A stretch of 64,000 bases of DNA from Perkinsus chesapeaki ATCC PRA-425 (GCA_013115145.1 JAAPAO010000043.1:1-64000); one strand, 5' to 3'; shown: positions 1 through 12,462, counted from the stretch's first letter. A program made the numbers and translations. Notes: generated from the sequence alone by a model not told the origin.

Positions 1-94
1 GGCTAGTTCAGGGAAGGCTGCAAGCAGTTGGTTAAAGCCTTTGGCAGCAAGCGCGCTCGCCCGAAAAACACGTAACTCTCTAAACTATAACACA

Positions 95-110
95 TGCGCA
101 TGCGTGCAAA
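95..110. promoter_or_regulatory. Candidate regulatory motif TGCGCATGCGTGCAAA (copy 1)
   Basis: Exact 16-mer also present at 25301-25316. Both copies are non-coding and near gene 5' ends. Function is inferred. Confidence 0.3.
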
Positions 111-649
111 TTGAATGTGGGCCATCCCACTGGGTTCAGGTTGCGTTATCTCTACTGTGATGTCGATTAATGGTAACCTCCCTTGGGTCAGCCATCAGCT
201 GACTCTTGCTGGACTCTCATCTCGGGGCAACGACCATTTCGTTAACTCTCAGAAGCCCTAGAGGACGCTGATTCCGCCGCACTTCGGTGTAAAATTTTCA
301 AATTTTATCATTTAGTTTTTTCCCAGCCAAGGCCATCTACGGCCCTCCAGGACTTCTCGGTTAAGCTACTGCTACCAGTATGGGTATCCCTCAGTCTCCT
401 GTTATTGCTTCTCAACGATACCCTAATTTCCTTCGGATGTGCGCAAGATCGTTATGTGGTGTTCAAGTCGGCCAATTATGATGTGAAGTCCAACATGCAT
501 TCTTTTAAAAACTAAATTCGGGAAATCGAGGCTCATTGTCTAGTTCGCAAGTGGACTCTGAGTGAGTTTTGTTGAACGGCAAAGTCGATTTGGACTTTTC
601 CTATTGAAGAACAGGCGAAACAAGGTTAATCTTCAGCTTGGATTTTTAC

Positions 650-3600
650 ATGCCTCGTGCAGTAACTTCTCCTACCGGGCAGATGCTCGCATCAGAGGCC
701 AAACCAACCAATGGTGAAATCGAGGATGCTTCTAAGTTATGTTATGACACTAAGGACGAGCATTGCTCTAAGGAGGATAAAGTAATTAATGAGGTGAAAG
801 AAGTCGGTATGACTGAGGACGAGGTTGAGGTGGAGGCCACTGAGGAGCCTGCGAAGGAAATTGTTAACGGTGATGAAGTAGCTCCTGTTGTTGGCGAGGG
901 CGATAAGAAAGAGGCTGAAGAGGAGACCTCTGAGGTGAAGGAGGATACTACTACTGCTGTTTATGGTGAAGTTGTGAATGACGGCGAGGCTTCCAAGGTG
1001 AAGGAGGATGATTTTATGGCTGGTAAGAATGAAGAAAAAGAGGCTGAATATGAGGCCTGTGTGGTGAAGGAGAATGCATCTACTAATGATGAGGATCAAG
1101 AGAAAGGTACTGAAGAAGAGCCCTCCAATGTGACCGAGCAAGCTCTTGCTGATGAGAGCGAAGCGGTCAAGTCGGATGAAAAGGGAACCTCCGAGGAGAT
1201 TGCGACTCCTAATGAGGGTGAAGTTATGGAGGCGGTTGAAGAGCAGACCTGTGGGGTAAAGGAGGATGCGCCTACTGATGGCGACGGCAAAGTCGTGGAA
1301 GAGTCCGAAGAAACCGTTGAGGTTTGTGATGGTGACAAGACGGACGACTATCCAGCTTGGGATGGGGAGAAGGCTGATGCCGCCGTTAGTGGATGGCCGG
1401 CTCAATATGGCAACACCGATGGCCAAGAAGAGACTATTGCGGACGATAAAGGTTATGAGGAGTGGAACGGCGCCGAGGAGACTACTGCTGATGAGGAGGA
1501 GGAGAGCGAGGTGAGGCTTCGTGGAAAGTTGTTCCCAAATGGCTGCTCTTTGCTATACTTTTTTTATCACTGTGAGTTCAGATTCTAATGTTGGATGATG
1601 TTAAGGAGACTTTGGCGAAGATAACAAGCCAGCTGGAGGAGGACCAGGACAATAGCGATTTGAAGGTCCTGGCGGAGTTCACGGAGGAATACGAGAAGAT
1701 GTCTGAAACACAGGTAGGGCGAGTTGAAGATATCGGATATAGCTGCTATATCTTTCGCCATGATCTATATTAACTGTACTGGTCAGTGCTCAACAACATG
1801 GTTGCCTCTTCAAGTGAAAAAAACGTATTTTTTATTCTTTTACACGTCTGTACTTCCGTTGGTGAATTTTGTGAAATCCCGTAAGAATTCGTTTCCTTCA
1901 CCCGAGGACCTAGATAGAGATATGCGGTTATCCCGTCACCACTGGAAGTTGATTGACTATATAACCGTCTAACACTCATCGTCTTCTCTAAATCAAGCAT
2001 AGTGGGAAGTCACTGGTTGTGGAGGCCTATTGGCCCGATGCTTTCCGAAGCGTAGTAGTATTTCTTCTCCTCGTAAAAACTCAGTGCCGATATAGCTCTC
2101 GCTTGTGTCGAGTCGACCTCGGAAAATATCTTCTCAGATCAGTCTGCAGCAGAAGCTCACAACTGTCCTGGCCGAGACTAACGCTCTGTGGCAGGAGTTT
2201 GAGAAGTACAGGCCTGAGTACCTCCCACCAGCCCGGAATGTTTGTACTAGTCATGTTGATAGGTATGCCAAGGTCATGTGGGATGAGAAGAAGGAGGAAC
2301 GTCAGAAGGGACAGACTGAGCAAACGTAGTGGTGCCGGGGCGACGTTCGGCTATAGTAGAAAATGCAGCGTTTTGGTGTCCTCTAGATTGCATGGTTTCC
2401 TCTGAAATTGGGGGAAGGTTTCCATTAAAGAGCGTGAGACGGTCGCTTGTCAATCTCTCTTGATCTCCGTCCCATATTCTGTCCCTTGAGGGACTAACAG
2501 TCTTAACGCGGCCAGCTGTAGAGTTGGTTTCTCGAGTGTAGAGCGCCCCTCTGCCCAGGTTCGTCTCTGAGTTTTACGCGTCATCGAGGTTGAGGGGCAT
2601 TCTATAGGCAATAATATAACATACACCGTATAACTTTGGGTCGGTCTCGCCTACTTGGTGTGATTTCAAGGCTCAGGTGGAGCAACTGGGACGCCAAGGA
2701 CAAGGGCGACTGGAAGGGCAATTGGAAGGCAGCTGCTGAGAGCACCAGCGGTGATGGTCAGGAGTCCTGGAAGGCTAAGAAGACATGGACCTACAAGGAT
2801 GCTGATGGTAGTAGTGAACTGTTGGATAGGTGTAGGAGAGTTGATGTAGATAACGTAGAGCAAGAGCAAGAAGGCGGATGGAAGAGTAACGATGCGAAGA
2901 CTTGGGATGACAGGGGTGAGATATTGGGGGCTTTAAAACTGTAGAGGTGTTGGTCTGTTTTTCGTTCCTGCCTTGGTGTGTTGATCAGCCACTGTGGAGT
3001 CGCTTTTCCTTTGCTTTTATTGGATTGACTCTTCCTCTGTTTCCCTTGGATTCACTTGGCCTTTGGCTCCATAGGGCTATTGGCGTGGAAGGGTATTTCT
3101 CTTCATTGTACTTTCAACTTGGCCAGATAAGAATGAAGGAGATCAGAGTGGCTGGAAAGCGAACGGCAAGGATTGGTCTGGTGAAGGCGACTCCAAGTCC
3201 AACGGCAAGGATTGGTCTGGTGAAGGCGACTCCAAGTCCAACGGCAAGGATTGGTCTGGTGAAGGCGACTCCAAGTCCAATGGCAAGGACTGGGGTTCCT
3301 GGGGCAAGGAAAAGGCGACTAAGAACGTCAGCTGGAGGGATGCTGAGGGCGGCAGTGGCGAGTCGGCCGAATGGCATCCTCAATCGGGTGGCCGTAGAGG
3401 ATATGATAACAACTGGGAGGATAAGGAGCAACAGAAGGGCAGTTGGGGGAATGATAAGTAGGAGGGTCATTGGGGAATAATGGTTGATGATGGTTAATGT
3501 ATTAGGGAAGATTGGAAGGATGAAGGTGATAAAGATAAGGTGGAGGATAAGGGCACTGTTGAGGATAATAAAGAAGGGAAGGCTAGCTATGATGAGTTAG

Positions 3601-4854
3601 AAGCCGAAGTTGTTAGACTGAGGAAGGCTGTTGCTGAGAACGAAAAGGTAATATGTGGTTCCTTGCACGCTGCTTGTTCGTGCACACAGCGTTGGATTCA
3701 CTGGACCGGAGAACGCTTGTCTATTTCATTCTCGTCTCACCTTGTCATTATTTTGTTAGGCGCTGGCGACAGCCGCCCCTCCGTCCCCTCCACCGGCCCC
3801 AGAGCCAGCAGCACCAGTAGTACCGGAAGCAGTTCAACTGCCGCCACCCCCGCCGCCGGCTCAACCGCAGCCGCAGCAGGTGACCGTGCCCCAGCCGTAT
3901 GTGCTGGGCCAGTTTTCCTATGTGGCTCAGGACGGTCTGGCGATCGAAGAAATGACGGAAAAAATTACCAAGGACATTGAGGTAGAGGAAATGGGAGAGT
4001 CTCTGGTGACAGAATTCATCAGGATCGTCTCAAGTCCCAGTATAAGGCGGAGATGGCCGAGCTGGAGATGCGCCATTATAAGGAGATGCAAACTCAAATG
4101 CGATATATAATGCAACAGCAACAACAGCAGAGGTCTCCCTCCCCACCGAGGGAATACGGCAGGCCATCTCGTGTGGGCGGCTATCATGGCGGGTATGATT
4201 ACCATCCGGAGCAGTATTCCCGGTCTCGTCCACATGCCCTTGATGACCGTTACGCTGGGGAGAGGATGCTCTCACCGTTTCACAGGGACGGCAGCGTTTC
4301 TGGTAGGTCTAGTATGACTTGGTTGAGCTCTACTCTGAGCTTTAGGAATGTCCGGATACGCCGCCAGGAGCCCTACAGGCTACGGCGATGCTAGAGAGTC
4401 ACCAACGATGGCACCGCCGCCTTCTGCTCCTCCGAGGGATCGCCGCGAAAGAAAGGTTGGCCCCTCAGAAATATACTTATAACGTGACGGCTCAGTTGTC
4501 TCCGAGTCATGCCAAGCCTCGTCGTCCTCATCAACCCCCCAACGTCGACCGTACCACCAGCAGGGCCGTCCAAGAGCCTCGTGCACCCAGACCGACTTAC
4601 TACGGTCAAACGGTAGGTCGGTAAAGATGATTGGTGGTATGACATTGCATCAGGCCCCTCCTCCTGTGGCTCCAGTGACTCTTCCCGAGCCACCGCGTCC
4701 GTCCAGAAGCCCCCCGGGTCCTCTAGTCGAGGAGACGCTGTCGGTCGATAACGCAATAAAGGCCTACAGATATGACGGGCCCCGTGGAGGCGCAGCCTCG
4801 TCATCGTATCGTCCCTCTGAATTAAACACTCGTGAGTTTGATGGTAGCAATTAG
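650..4854 (+). CDS. Large multi-exon low-complexity protein: acidic N-terminus, helical middle, Trp-rich disordered region, coiled coil, Pro/Gln-rich C-terminus
   Basis: Same-strand ORFs 638-1588, 1588-1773, 2105-2329, 2636-2944, 3540-3980, 4053-4394 and 4627-4854 are separated by GT-AG-bounded gaps (e.g. gtgagg..cag near 1511-1583; gtaata..ttag near 3649-3759). No family recognised; ends approximate. Confidence 0.55.
3162..3293 (+). repeat. 39-bp coding tandem repeat, 3 full copies plus a partial; encodes NGKDWSGEGDSKS
   Basis: aacggcaaggattggtctggtgaaggcgactccaagtcc at 3162-3200, 3201-3239 and 3240-3278, then aatggcaaggactgg. Confidence 0.95.
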
Positions 4855-5828
4855 TGGTCTTATCAGCTAGTGGTTGATTGGTAATGGTATTCGGATTTTC
4901 ATCGAGTTTCTTAACGTCACCGGTTGCTGTTGTGTTGATTCCTTGGCGGAGCTTGGCTGCCGTTTTCCCCGCTATATGGACCTTTTGCGCCTCCGGCTTC
5001 CCCCACATTAGGCAGGCGCGTGTATAGCGTCTCCGGGGAGAGGTCGACATTTGAGCCCCAGTAGGAGGCTAGGATGGTTGATGGGAATGGCTCCATTCAT
5101 AGGACCTCGCCAGCACGTGTATCCTCTCCCACGTACATGCTGGGCGTGACTCACTAAGGTCTCATAAATCGTTTCAAGCACGCCCATTAAATCGGCGTAA
5201 AAAATTAATAAAATAAATTAAGCTAAATTTTGTATTAAAATATATCGGCCCGATTTCCCTTTTGCCCTGAAGTTGTTCTATCAGGCTTTACTGGCAATTC
5301 GTGCGCTGGTGAAAACTGCCAAGCCAACTGTTGAAGTGCCTCCTCCTTCACCGTCAATTCCTCCGGTCTGGAGAGAGGCGATGATGGCGAGCAGGCCGGC
5401 TACTCTAGTCAAAGCAGCAACCAGCTCTACCAATACCACTCGGATCCCAACCAGACTGCTTGTACCGTCGATCACGTAATCACTGTAATCCTGTCATGTA
5501 CAGTCGGTCGAATCATCACGGTTCCTGGCTCTCTTTCACAAATGATCACCCTACTGGAGAGACGAATGCGCCGCCGCCCACTGATCGAAAGCCTCGTGAC
5601 GTCTATCGGGCCAGCGCTGCTCCAGGACAATGCTCGTCCCCTGCCTTAGCGTCGCTTCCGAAAGAAATTTGATATCGAGCATTGATTGTTTGGGCATCTC
5701 CAAGTTGAGGATGACGTCGGCAATTCGGTCGACTTTTTTCATGAAGAGTTTCTTGTGGTCTAACTCGCCATTGTTGCTTTGTTGTTGTTGGGCTCTCCCT
5801 AATCTTCCTTTAGTCGAGTTTTAAAGCG

Positions 5829-8219
5829 ATGGCTGCGGAGCTGTCGTGGTCACATGAGCACCTTCCTCCTTTCGTCAACTCTACAGCCAAGAATCCTCCA
5901 CCGTCATGCTGGAATGGCCCCTCGGTGGTGGCCACGAGTGTCCAGGACAAGTCGACAGTCGCCACTAGCGGCCCCATTTTTACCAAGAAGGATACTGCAG
6001 CCGATGCCAGTGTGGACGAATCTAAGGTGGACAGCAGCACGGCTACGGTGCACAAGAAGAAGAAGAAGCATAAAAGAAAGAAATCTCATCACCGATTGAG
6101 GGAAGAATTTGATGGCGCGCGGTCACCGAGGAGGCTGCACAAAAAACGGCGGAGAGTTCGGGAGATTCTTGGGAAGTCGCCGCGGTCCTTCGACCTCGAC
6201 GATTCGGGACCGTCGACATCTTTGGCGTTTGGTGAGGACAGCGAGTCCGAGGACGAAGAAGCCAAAGCGCGTGAGAGCACCAAGAAGCTCTGGTCGGAGG
6301 TCCGCAATGAGGGCATGTCCCCGGCGCTGATGGCACCTTCAATGGAGCTCCTTACTAAAGCAGCCGAGGCCCCGGTGGTCCCACCGGCTTACCCTGGTCC
6401 AATGTGGCCGGGGGCCTGCGCGCGGCCGCCAGTTCAAGCATGGATGTTGCACTATGAGGTCGGCAGGAAGGGCCGTGCCACGGTGTCCGAGGAGGATGGA
6501 GGGATGGCCAAGGTTGAGGCTGCTATCACACTGCCCTGCGAGTCCATCATCAATCCTTATGGCCGATACGTTGGAGAGGAGCCCCCACCGCTGACGCCTG
6601 AGGTCCTCTGGCTCACTATCAATGGGAGCAGCAGCGCTCCAGAGAATGTAGCAAACGCTGGTAACGTTTCTGCCTGGTGTTCAGCCGTCGGTCCTGAGCT
6701 CCGGCCAGAGTCCCTAACAGAGACTCAGATCCTCCAAATCAGACTTGGTGAAGTGGTGGAGAGGAAACGTGAGTTGGCCAAGGCAGCGCACGCGAGGGCC
6801 GAATCGTTCGCGGTGTCCCGGCGCTCCGTCAATGCCCAGGCGGTCGAGACGCTGAAGTCGCTAATGCGAGTCCGGCCGCCCCCCATGAACGTTTACCCTC
6901 ACAACGCCGCATTGGAGCCGACGTTTGGCATTACCACCAGCGACGACCCCTCCGGTGATACGAGTTTCCTTGTATGCTCAATCTGTTTGGAGCCGGACCT
7001 GGCCCGGGGTAACCAAATGGTCATCTGTTCTCGGTGTGGTGTGGCCTGCCATCAGTACTGCTACGAGATCAGTAGAGTTCTCGACGAAGACGCTTGGCTC
7101 TGTCGGCTCTGCCAGGCACTTGAGAACGGCGACGCCCACGAGTCGGACGATCTGGACTGCTTCTTGTGTGGCGGCGGCCGACGGTGCATTGGTGGCGGGT
7201 TGATGACCTCGGTGATGGTCCACGGTGCTATTAGGTGGCTCCACGTCCGGTGCGGTATGTTCACCTGGAAGTGTGGCTGCATCTCCGACATCGAGCGGGC
7301 TGCCATGCGCTTGCCAAGGTCGGACACGGTGACGTCTGTCTGTAACATTTGCAATAAGGAGGTTGGTGAAACCGTGAAGTGCGGGGCGGCTGGCTGCTCC
7401 CAGCACTTTCACATCAGTTGTGCAACACAGCATGCCTTGACAGTGCCGGAGCCGGCTGACCATAACTGGGCTTTGTATTGCCGTCAACACATGGCGGATG
7501 CGGATGCCTTTGGTACGATGGAGAAGCTAACGAAGGCTATAGCGGCGTCACCTTATGCTGAGCAGACTGAGGGTGGCTTCGCGGCTGTGATAGCCAACAC
7601 CGCAGCGGCGTCCTTGGTCGAGGAGCCCTACTTCCTCTATAGCAGTATAGATGCCGAGGACCTTTGGCTGGCTTGGATGGACCCCGGTGAGGCCAGCGAG
7701 GGCCCATCGACTCCGAAGGCTACCGCGGACCGTCCGGCCAGCAACACTCCACCTACAGCTGCTCCACCTGTAAACGGTCGAGGCCCGTCGGGTCCGACTG
7801 CTGATTCGCTGAGCCAGGCATGTGTTATGTGCTTACACACCGATGGTGATCTGACTGACATCCCCGGCGGCCCGGGTGTACCGCCTGGCTGCTCGGCAAA
7901 GATCCATCGGCGATGCGCTCATTGGATGGGCTTGGCTCCAGTCCTAAACTTTCATGATCTTCGGCAAGGCTCCGTCATACGACCACGTAATTTCCTTCAA
8001 TGCTGTCACTACTGCAATAGCGTCCTCGGCATCACCATGAAGTGCTCCAAATGCAATAGAAGTTTTCATCCCCATTGCGCCGCCAAGAACGGCTGCACCG
8101 TTCGTATCGAAGAACACGAATCGGGCATCCAGCTCTCGGGCCGGGCCGCCGAACTGTGGTTGTCGCGGAGGACTATTAAAGGCGGATTTGCAGTCTGGGT
8201 TGATTGCAATGCACATTAG
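5829..8219 (+). CDS. PHD finger plus two extended PHD (zf-HC5HC2H-like) domains; PZP-type (JADE/BRPF/AF10-like) chromatin reader
   Basis: Uninterrupted 796-aa ORF. PHD: CSIC..CSRCGVACHQYC..WLCRLC. ePHD1: CFLC..WLHVRC..CNIC..CGAAGCSQHFHISC..YCRQH. ePHD2: CVMC..IHRRC..CHYC..CSKCNRSFHPHC..CNAH. Basic NLS-like KKKKKHKRKK. Confidence 0.9.
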   Translation: MAAELSWSHEHLPPFVNSTAKNPPPSCWNGPSVVATSVQDKSTVATSGPIFTKKDTAADASVDESKVDSSTATVHKKKKKHKRKKSHHRLREEFDGARSPRRLHKKRRRVREILGKSPRSFDLDDSGPSTSLAFGEDSESEDEEAKARESTKKLWSEVRNEGMSPALMAPSMELLTKAAEAPVVPPAYPGPMWPGACARPPVQAWMLHYEVGRKGRATVSEEDGGMAKVEAAITLPCESIINPYGRYVGEEPPPLTPEVLWLTINGSSSAPENVANAGNVSAWCSAVGPELRPESLTETQILQIRLGEVVERKRELAKAAHARAESFAVSRRSVNAQAVETLKSLMRVRPPPMNVYPHNAALEPTFGITTSDDPSGDTSFLVCSICLEPDLARGNQMVICSRCGVACHQYCYEISRVLDEDAWLCRLCQALENGDAHESDDLDCFLCGGGRRCIGGGLMTSVMVHGAIRWLHVRCGMFTWKCGCISDIERAAMRLPRSDTVTSVCNICNKEVGETVKCGAAGCSQHFHISCATQHALTVPEPADHNWALYCRQHMADADAFGTMEKLTKAIAASPYAEQTEGGFAAVIANTAAASLVEEPYFLYSSIDAEDLWLAWMDPGEASEGPSTPKATADRPASNTPPTAAPPVNGRGPSGPTADSLSQACVMCLHTDGDLTDIPGGPGVPPGCSAKIHRRCAHWMGLAPVLNFHDLRQGSVIRPRNFLQCCHYCNSVLGITMKCSKCNRSFHPHCAAKNGCTVRIEEHESGIQLSGRAAELWLSRRTIKGGFAVWVDCNAH

Positions 8220-8666
8220 ACTCGTTCATTTATTTAATCCCTCAGGAGGTTTCTGCTACCATTACTTTTATATATTTGTTCCATTATCTATCCCAGTGTC
8301 GTTGCGTTGTCAGTTGACGGAGCCGAAAGTGCGAAGATGAGCAATGCATCACAATAGTCCGGGCAAATGCCACCAGCGACTTCCTGCTCAAAGAGCAATT
8401 GGTGGATGAGTAGGATTCCCGATCTGGGAATGCCTCAACAACTAACCTTTTTTGCCATATCTGAATAACCTGTCGTCAGCAAACATCGAACTCTATTCAT
8501 TCGGCAATGCTCAGATATACGATGACAAGTGTTACCATGCCTTCATTGCAGTCAAGCGATCAATATCTCTCATGTGAAGGGGGTCTGATTAGTTCTATCG
8601 TACCACTTGCAAACACAACAGAATATGGAATATGAATTTACTTATGCATTTATTAAACTGTACAGG

Positions 8667-9626
8667 TTATCCACCGTACGTTTTAGGATCATCAATTACA
8701 TTAACAGCTCGCGGTAGCGATACCATCACATCCTCTTCACTGAAGAAACCGATGGGGTAGCGCCAAGTGATGGGCTCCCCAGGGGAAATGTCTCTGACCG
8801 CCTTGACGCACAAGCCATCGTCATGCGCCCTGAGCTGCGCGTTGGGCGTAGTTGAATGGTTCACGAGGTACCACAGATCACCACCACCGACCGGGTCGGC
8901 CATGTCGAACGTGTCACGATTATAGTAGACGGACATGCCGCCTCGGCTCTCGTGTATCATAGTAAGGAAGCAGTGCTCGGGATGACCACGCTTGCGGAGC
9001 TTGTCAATCTCGGAGGTGCTTTCGACACTGTATCTTGTGACTCTCGAAAAGACAACGCACTCGCCCTCTTCAAATGCTCTCGAAGCCACGAGGACTCGGC
9101 CGCAATCGGGATGGTCGACCACGCGGAGGCCCATCGCCTTGAGCAGATCCGAATGCTTCCTGTCCAGCGAGCTGGCCGGCAACTCCACAATAGCCCTACG
9201 GCTTCTACTGCTGGGCGAGCGCATCATCGCCAATGACGGACCCTTCTTCTGAGCTACCGCGGCCTTTAAAAGGGCAAAGTCGGATCCGACAGGGGCAGCG
9301 TCCTCGCCAGGCTTCAGGATGGCCGCGGTAGTGCGGCATGGTGTCATCCAGACAGACTTGCTCTGATGGATGAAAACCAGCGGTTTCTTGTTCTGCTTCA
9401 GCACCAAGCACTTGGCCGAATGCGGCCACCACGTTCCCCAGGCATTTCCCTTTTCCTGAGTCTTCACGGTACCATCATCACTGAGAATGACGAACTCTAT
9501 CTGAGACTTGGTGGTCCTATAGGGGAGCTCGATAACCGCTAGAGTCGCCGGGCACTTGGCGAAATTGGTTGAGATGGTGTGATGGGCCTGCAAGTTCAGG
9601 GGAGCTTCTTCCTCGACTGGCTTCAC
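8667..9626 (-). CDS. SET-domain lysine methyltransferase (5' end lies in the gap/duplicated region)
   Basis: GRVLVASRAFEEGECV, YLVNHSTTPNA and VKAVRDISPGEPITWRY match SET motifs I, NHSxxPN and ELxxDY. No post-SET Cys cluster. Confidence 0.85.
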   Translation of the reverse strand: MKPVEEEAPLNLQAHHTISTNFAKCPATLAVIELPYRTTKSQIEFVILSDDGTVKTQEKGNAWGTWWPHSAKCLVLKQNKKPLVFIHQSKSVWMTPCRTTAAILKPGEDAAPVGSDFALLKAAVAQKKGPSLAMMRSPSSRSRRAIVELPASSLDRKHSDLLKAMGLRVVDHPDCGRVLVASRAFEEGECVVFSRVTRYSVESTSEIDKLRKRGHPEHCFLTMIHESRGGMSVYYNRDTFDMADPVGGGDLWYLVNHSTTPNAQLRAHDDGLCVKAVRDISPGEPITWRYPIGFFSEEDVMVSLPRAVNVIDDPKTYGG

Positions 9627-9935
9627 CANNNNNNNNNNNNNNNNNNNNNNNNNNNNNNNNNNNNNNNNNNNNNNNNNNNNNNNNNNNNNNNNNNNNNNNN
9701 NNNNNNNNNNNNNNNNNNNNNNNCACCATTTCTATAACAATGTACAATCTGACCACCACAAGCCCTGCCGAACCTCGAGCCACTGTGCACTATAATCGAA
9801 ATTGGTTGAGATGGTGTGATGGGCCTGCAAGTTCAGGGGAGCTTCTTCCTCGACTGGCTTCACCATTTCTATAACAATGTACAATCTGACCACCACAAGC
9901 CCTGCCGAACCTCGAGCCACTGTGCACTATAATCG
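9560..9935. repeat. 137-bp duplicated unit spanning an assembly gap (N 9629-9723)
   Basis: 9560-9628 equals 9797-9865, and 9724-9798 equals 9861-9935. Confidence 0.9.
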
Positions 9936-10123
9936 TCTAGATGATACGAGCTTTATTATAATGAGTATATCATCATTTATCTCGAAAAGAGTTGTTTTAG
10001 CGGTGTAGTCCCAAAATGGGAAACTGCTCGACTGTCGAACCCATTTAGAGATCATCTGCCCATTAACAACCCAAAAACTGAAGGAATCGAGAATCAACGT
10101 GAATCACGTTACGTGATGCAATA

Positions 10124-12462
10124 TTAGAAACACTTTCGATGGACTATTCGGGCGCCGTGCTCTGCGTACTCTTTCGGGCTTATCACCAGCGAGCTGAAAC
10201 CTGCGGTAAAAGAATGGCCCTATGTGGTGGTGGACGCTGTTGCTGCTGATGCTACTTCCCATGCTGCCCACGATGGAGCCGCCGAGCCATGGACAGTAGC
10301 CGCGCTCGCCACCAGAAGCCACTGTCGGGAAACCAGCGCCGCCCATAACGCGAACCTGACAAGCTTTCGATGATGGACGGTCAACGTCGAGGACAGAATA
10401 TTGTCTTTCATATTGGCAGCTCACCTTCCCATCACGGAGGCACATGGCGAAGTCCTTCTGCAGCCGCTCCACGAGCCCCGGGGTCTGAAATTCCAGACTG
10501 GCATCCAGAAATTACAATGGAGCTTACCTGTGAGGCCTGGCCAGACAGCACCACCGACTGCGATACCGCGTTAATGGCTGAGGCGGGCTCGGCCGATTTG
10601 GAGAAAGCAGCGAACGATTGCTCAACCATGGAGGGCAACCCTGCATGAACAGCATGTCATAGTGCGGAGGCAGCCAGCTCACCGCCGATGATCTGTTCGA
10701 TAGCTCCGGATTTCCAGGCACCGGGAACTACGGTGCCGTCGGGAAGGGCGCCCTGCAGGGGACCTGAAGTGGCTGGTTAATTCCCCAGGAAGGAGAGTCC
10801 TACTTCGCTCCTCTCGAGCTAGGCAGCTCTGAATCTTCGTCATCTCAGCCATGCTGCAAAGAGCCAGCTCAGGACCGGTGAGCATGTGATGGTCCGAGAC
10901 ACTTGGGAGGGTTGACAAACCCATGCGGCGACCGAGGTCGAACAGCCGACCCGCCATGCGAAGGTCATCCGAAGGTTTCTTGGCCGATTCGAATAGAATC
11001 TGCATGCCAACGCTTATCTTTCAACTTTCCACCAAACTTCTCCCCGCGTGACTTTGTTGCCCTGGCCTACCACTTCGGTGCGCTCTACGGAAAATGGAAG
11101 ACTCTCCCACTTAGGGAGAGGTATCAACTTATTTCGAACTTGCAGTAACCCTAGCGCTTACCACATAGTTAAGGTATATCATCCCTAATCCCGCCCATCG
11201 GAACGAAATGCTTCCAATCCGCTCTGGATGCAGTTCCACGACGACCGGCGTGAATGGTAAGTCTAGTAACGATCCTTACCTGTGCGGCAATGTACTGGTC
11301 CATAGTCCGGCCGCCCTTATTGTCATGTCGCACAGTGCACGGTACTGTGTACCCGGAACTGACTACAGACGTGGAGACAAACTCGCCACCTGAAAGGGAC
11401 AAGAAGGACCAAGCGATACAGGGGACGACGAGGCTACCGATGCCGACGTAGATGCCTGAAGTCCTGCCGTTGGCGAACAATGCCAGAGGAGGTCGCTTGG
11501 CAATCAGAACCCCAGCCTCTGAGGCTTTATCGTGCAGAACCTGCGGAGACACTCAGGAGAGCCCCGAGGGATGAAGCTGATGGCCAGCCAGGTCGCGATA
11601 GGACGAACCGGCATATAAATGAAAATTAACAGAAAATAAGTCTCAGAAAAATCGAAGGAGTTGTGCTAAATTCCACAAAAAGATTCTCCGTAGAAAACGA
11701 TTTCTGGCTAGCAATAATAAAGGAACGTGTTGGACGGGAATCCAGCAGCATCCTGTTATGAAGTATCCGAGACTGCCTACATCTTCCATCATTAACTCCA
11801 GCAGCCGCTCTCGGGCCCTCTCGCTGAGGAACTCATGTGAGCTTATCAACACAGATTGGAGAGCGTTGCCGCCGTTAAGGCACAACTCCAGGCCAGGCCT
11901 CCCCGAAAACAAGACCGATTCGAGCATCTGCACTTGGACCTATATTTGTAAGATATATGATTCAATCTTACGAGCTTCAAATTATCCTCATCACCGATGC
12001 CAAGAGTCTGCGAGGTGCTGTCATATGACAGGACACTTCTGGGCATGTATCTAGACAGGCATCACAATCTCCCTGAGGGTGGGTAGGTGGTGTTTAGCGG
12101 TACTCTGGAATGGCGTTGTGCTCGAGCACAGAGAGCGCATTCAAATCCACGGGCCATTGGCAATCTTGCCGCCTCGAAGCCATCGTCACATCACCGTCCT
12201 TGTCCGAGGGCGCTCTGGCCAAGAAAAATAATGCGGTGATACAGAACGAGCGCCAACCCTCTTCGGCGAACCGCCGTGGACTCGACGATTCTCGGTCGGT
12301 CGTCACCAGCGTATCCAGCGCGGACGGATGTGGAGCTGAGAAGCCAATAGAGGTTAAGAGACAGCGAGGAGCTGCTGCTGCTGCCTACCCGAAATCTATG
12401 ACGGCAACATGCGATGGAGGAGAGGCGAGGGGAGGAGGGGGAGGTGGGGAACTGGAGGACAT
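10124..12462 (-). CDS. Divergent actin-related protein (ARP4-like/nuclear ARP candidate), about 12 exons
   Basis: Spliced translation gives the actin-fold motifs in order: VAVIDFGSTSVRAGYAGDDRPRIV; VLISSHEFLSERARERLLELMME; PLALFANGRTSGIYVGIGGEFVSTSVVSSGY..GGRTMDQYI; LPDGTVV; SVVLSGQASQ..GLVERLQKD; ERGYCPWLGGSIVGSM; ISPKEYAEHGARIVHRKCF*. Confidence 0.85.

Noticed and set aside
737-1426. Long antisense ORFs over real genes (e.g. 737-1426, 4391-5050, 24483-25094, 49065-49475)
   Set aside because: They are shadows of codon-biased or low-complexity genes on the opposite strand and carry no motifs.
3162-3293. CRISPR-like array
   Set aside because: The repeats are contiguous with no spacers, are in frame in a coding exon, and the context is eukaryotic with no cas genes.
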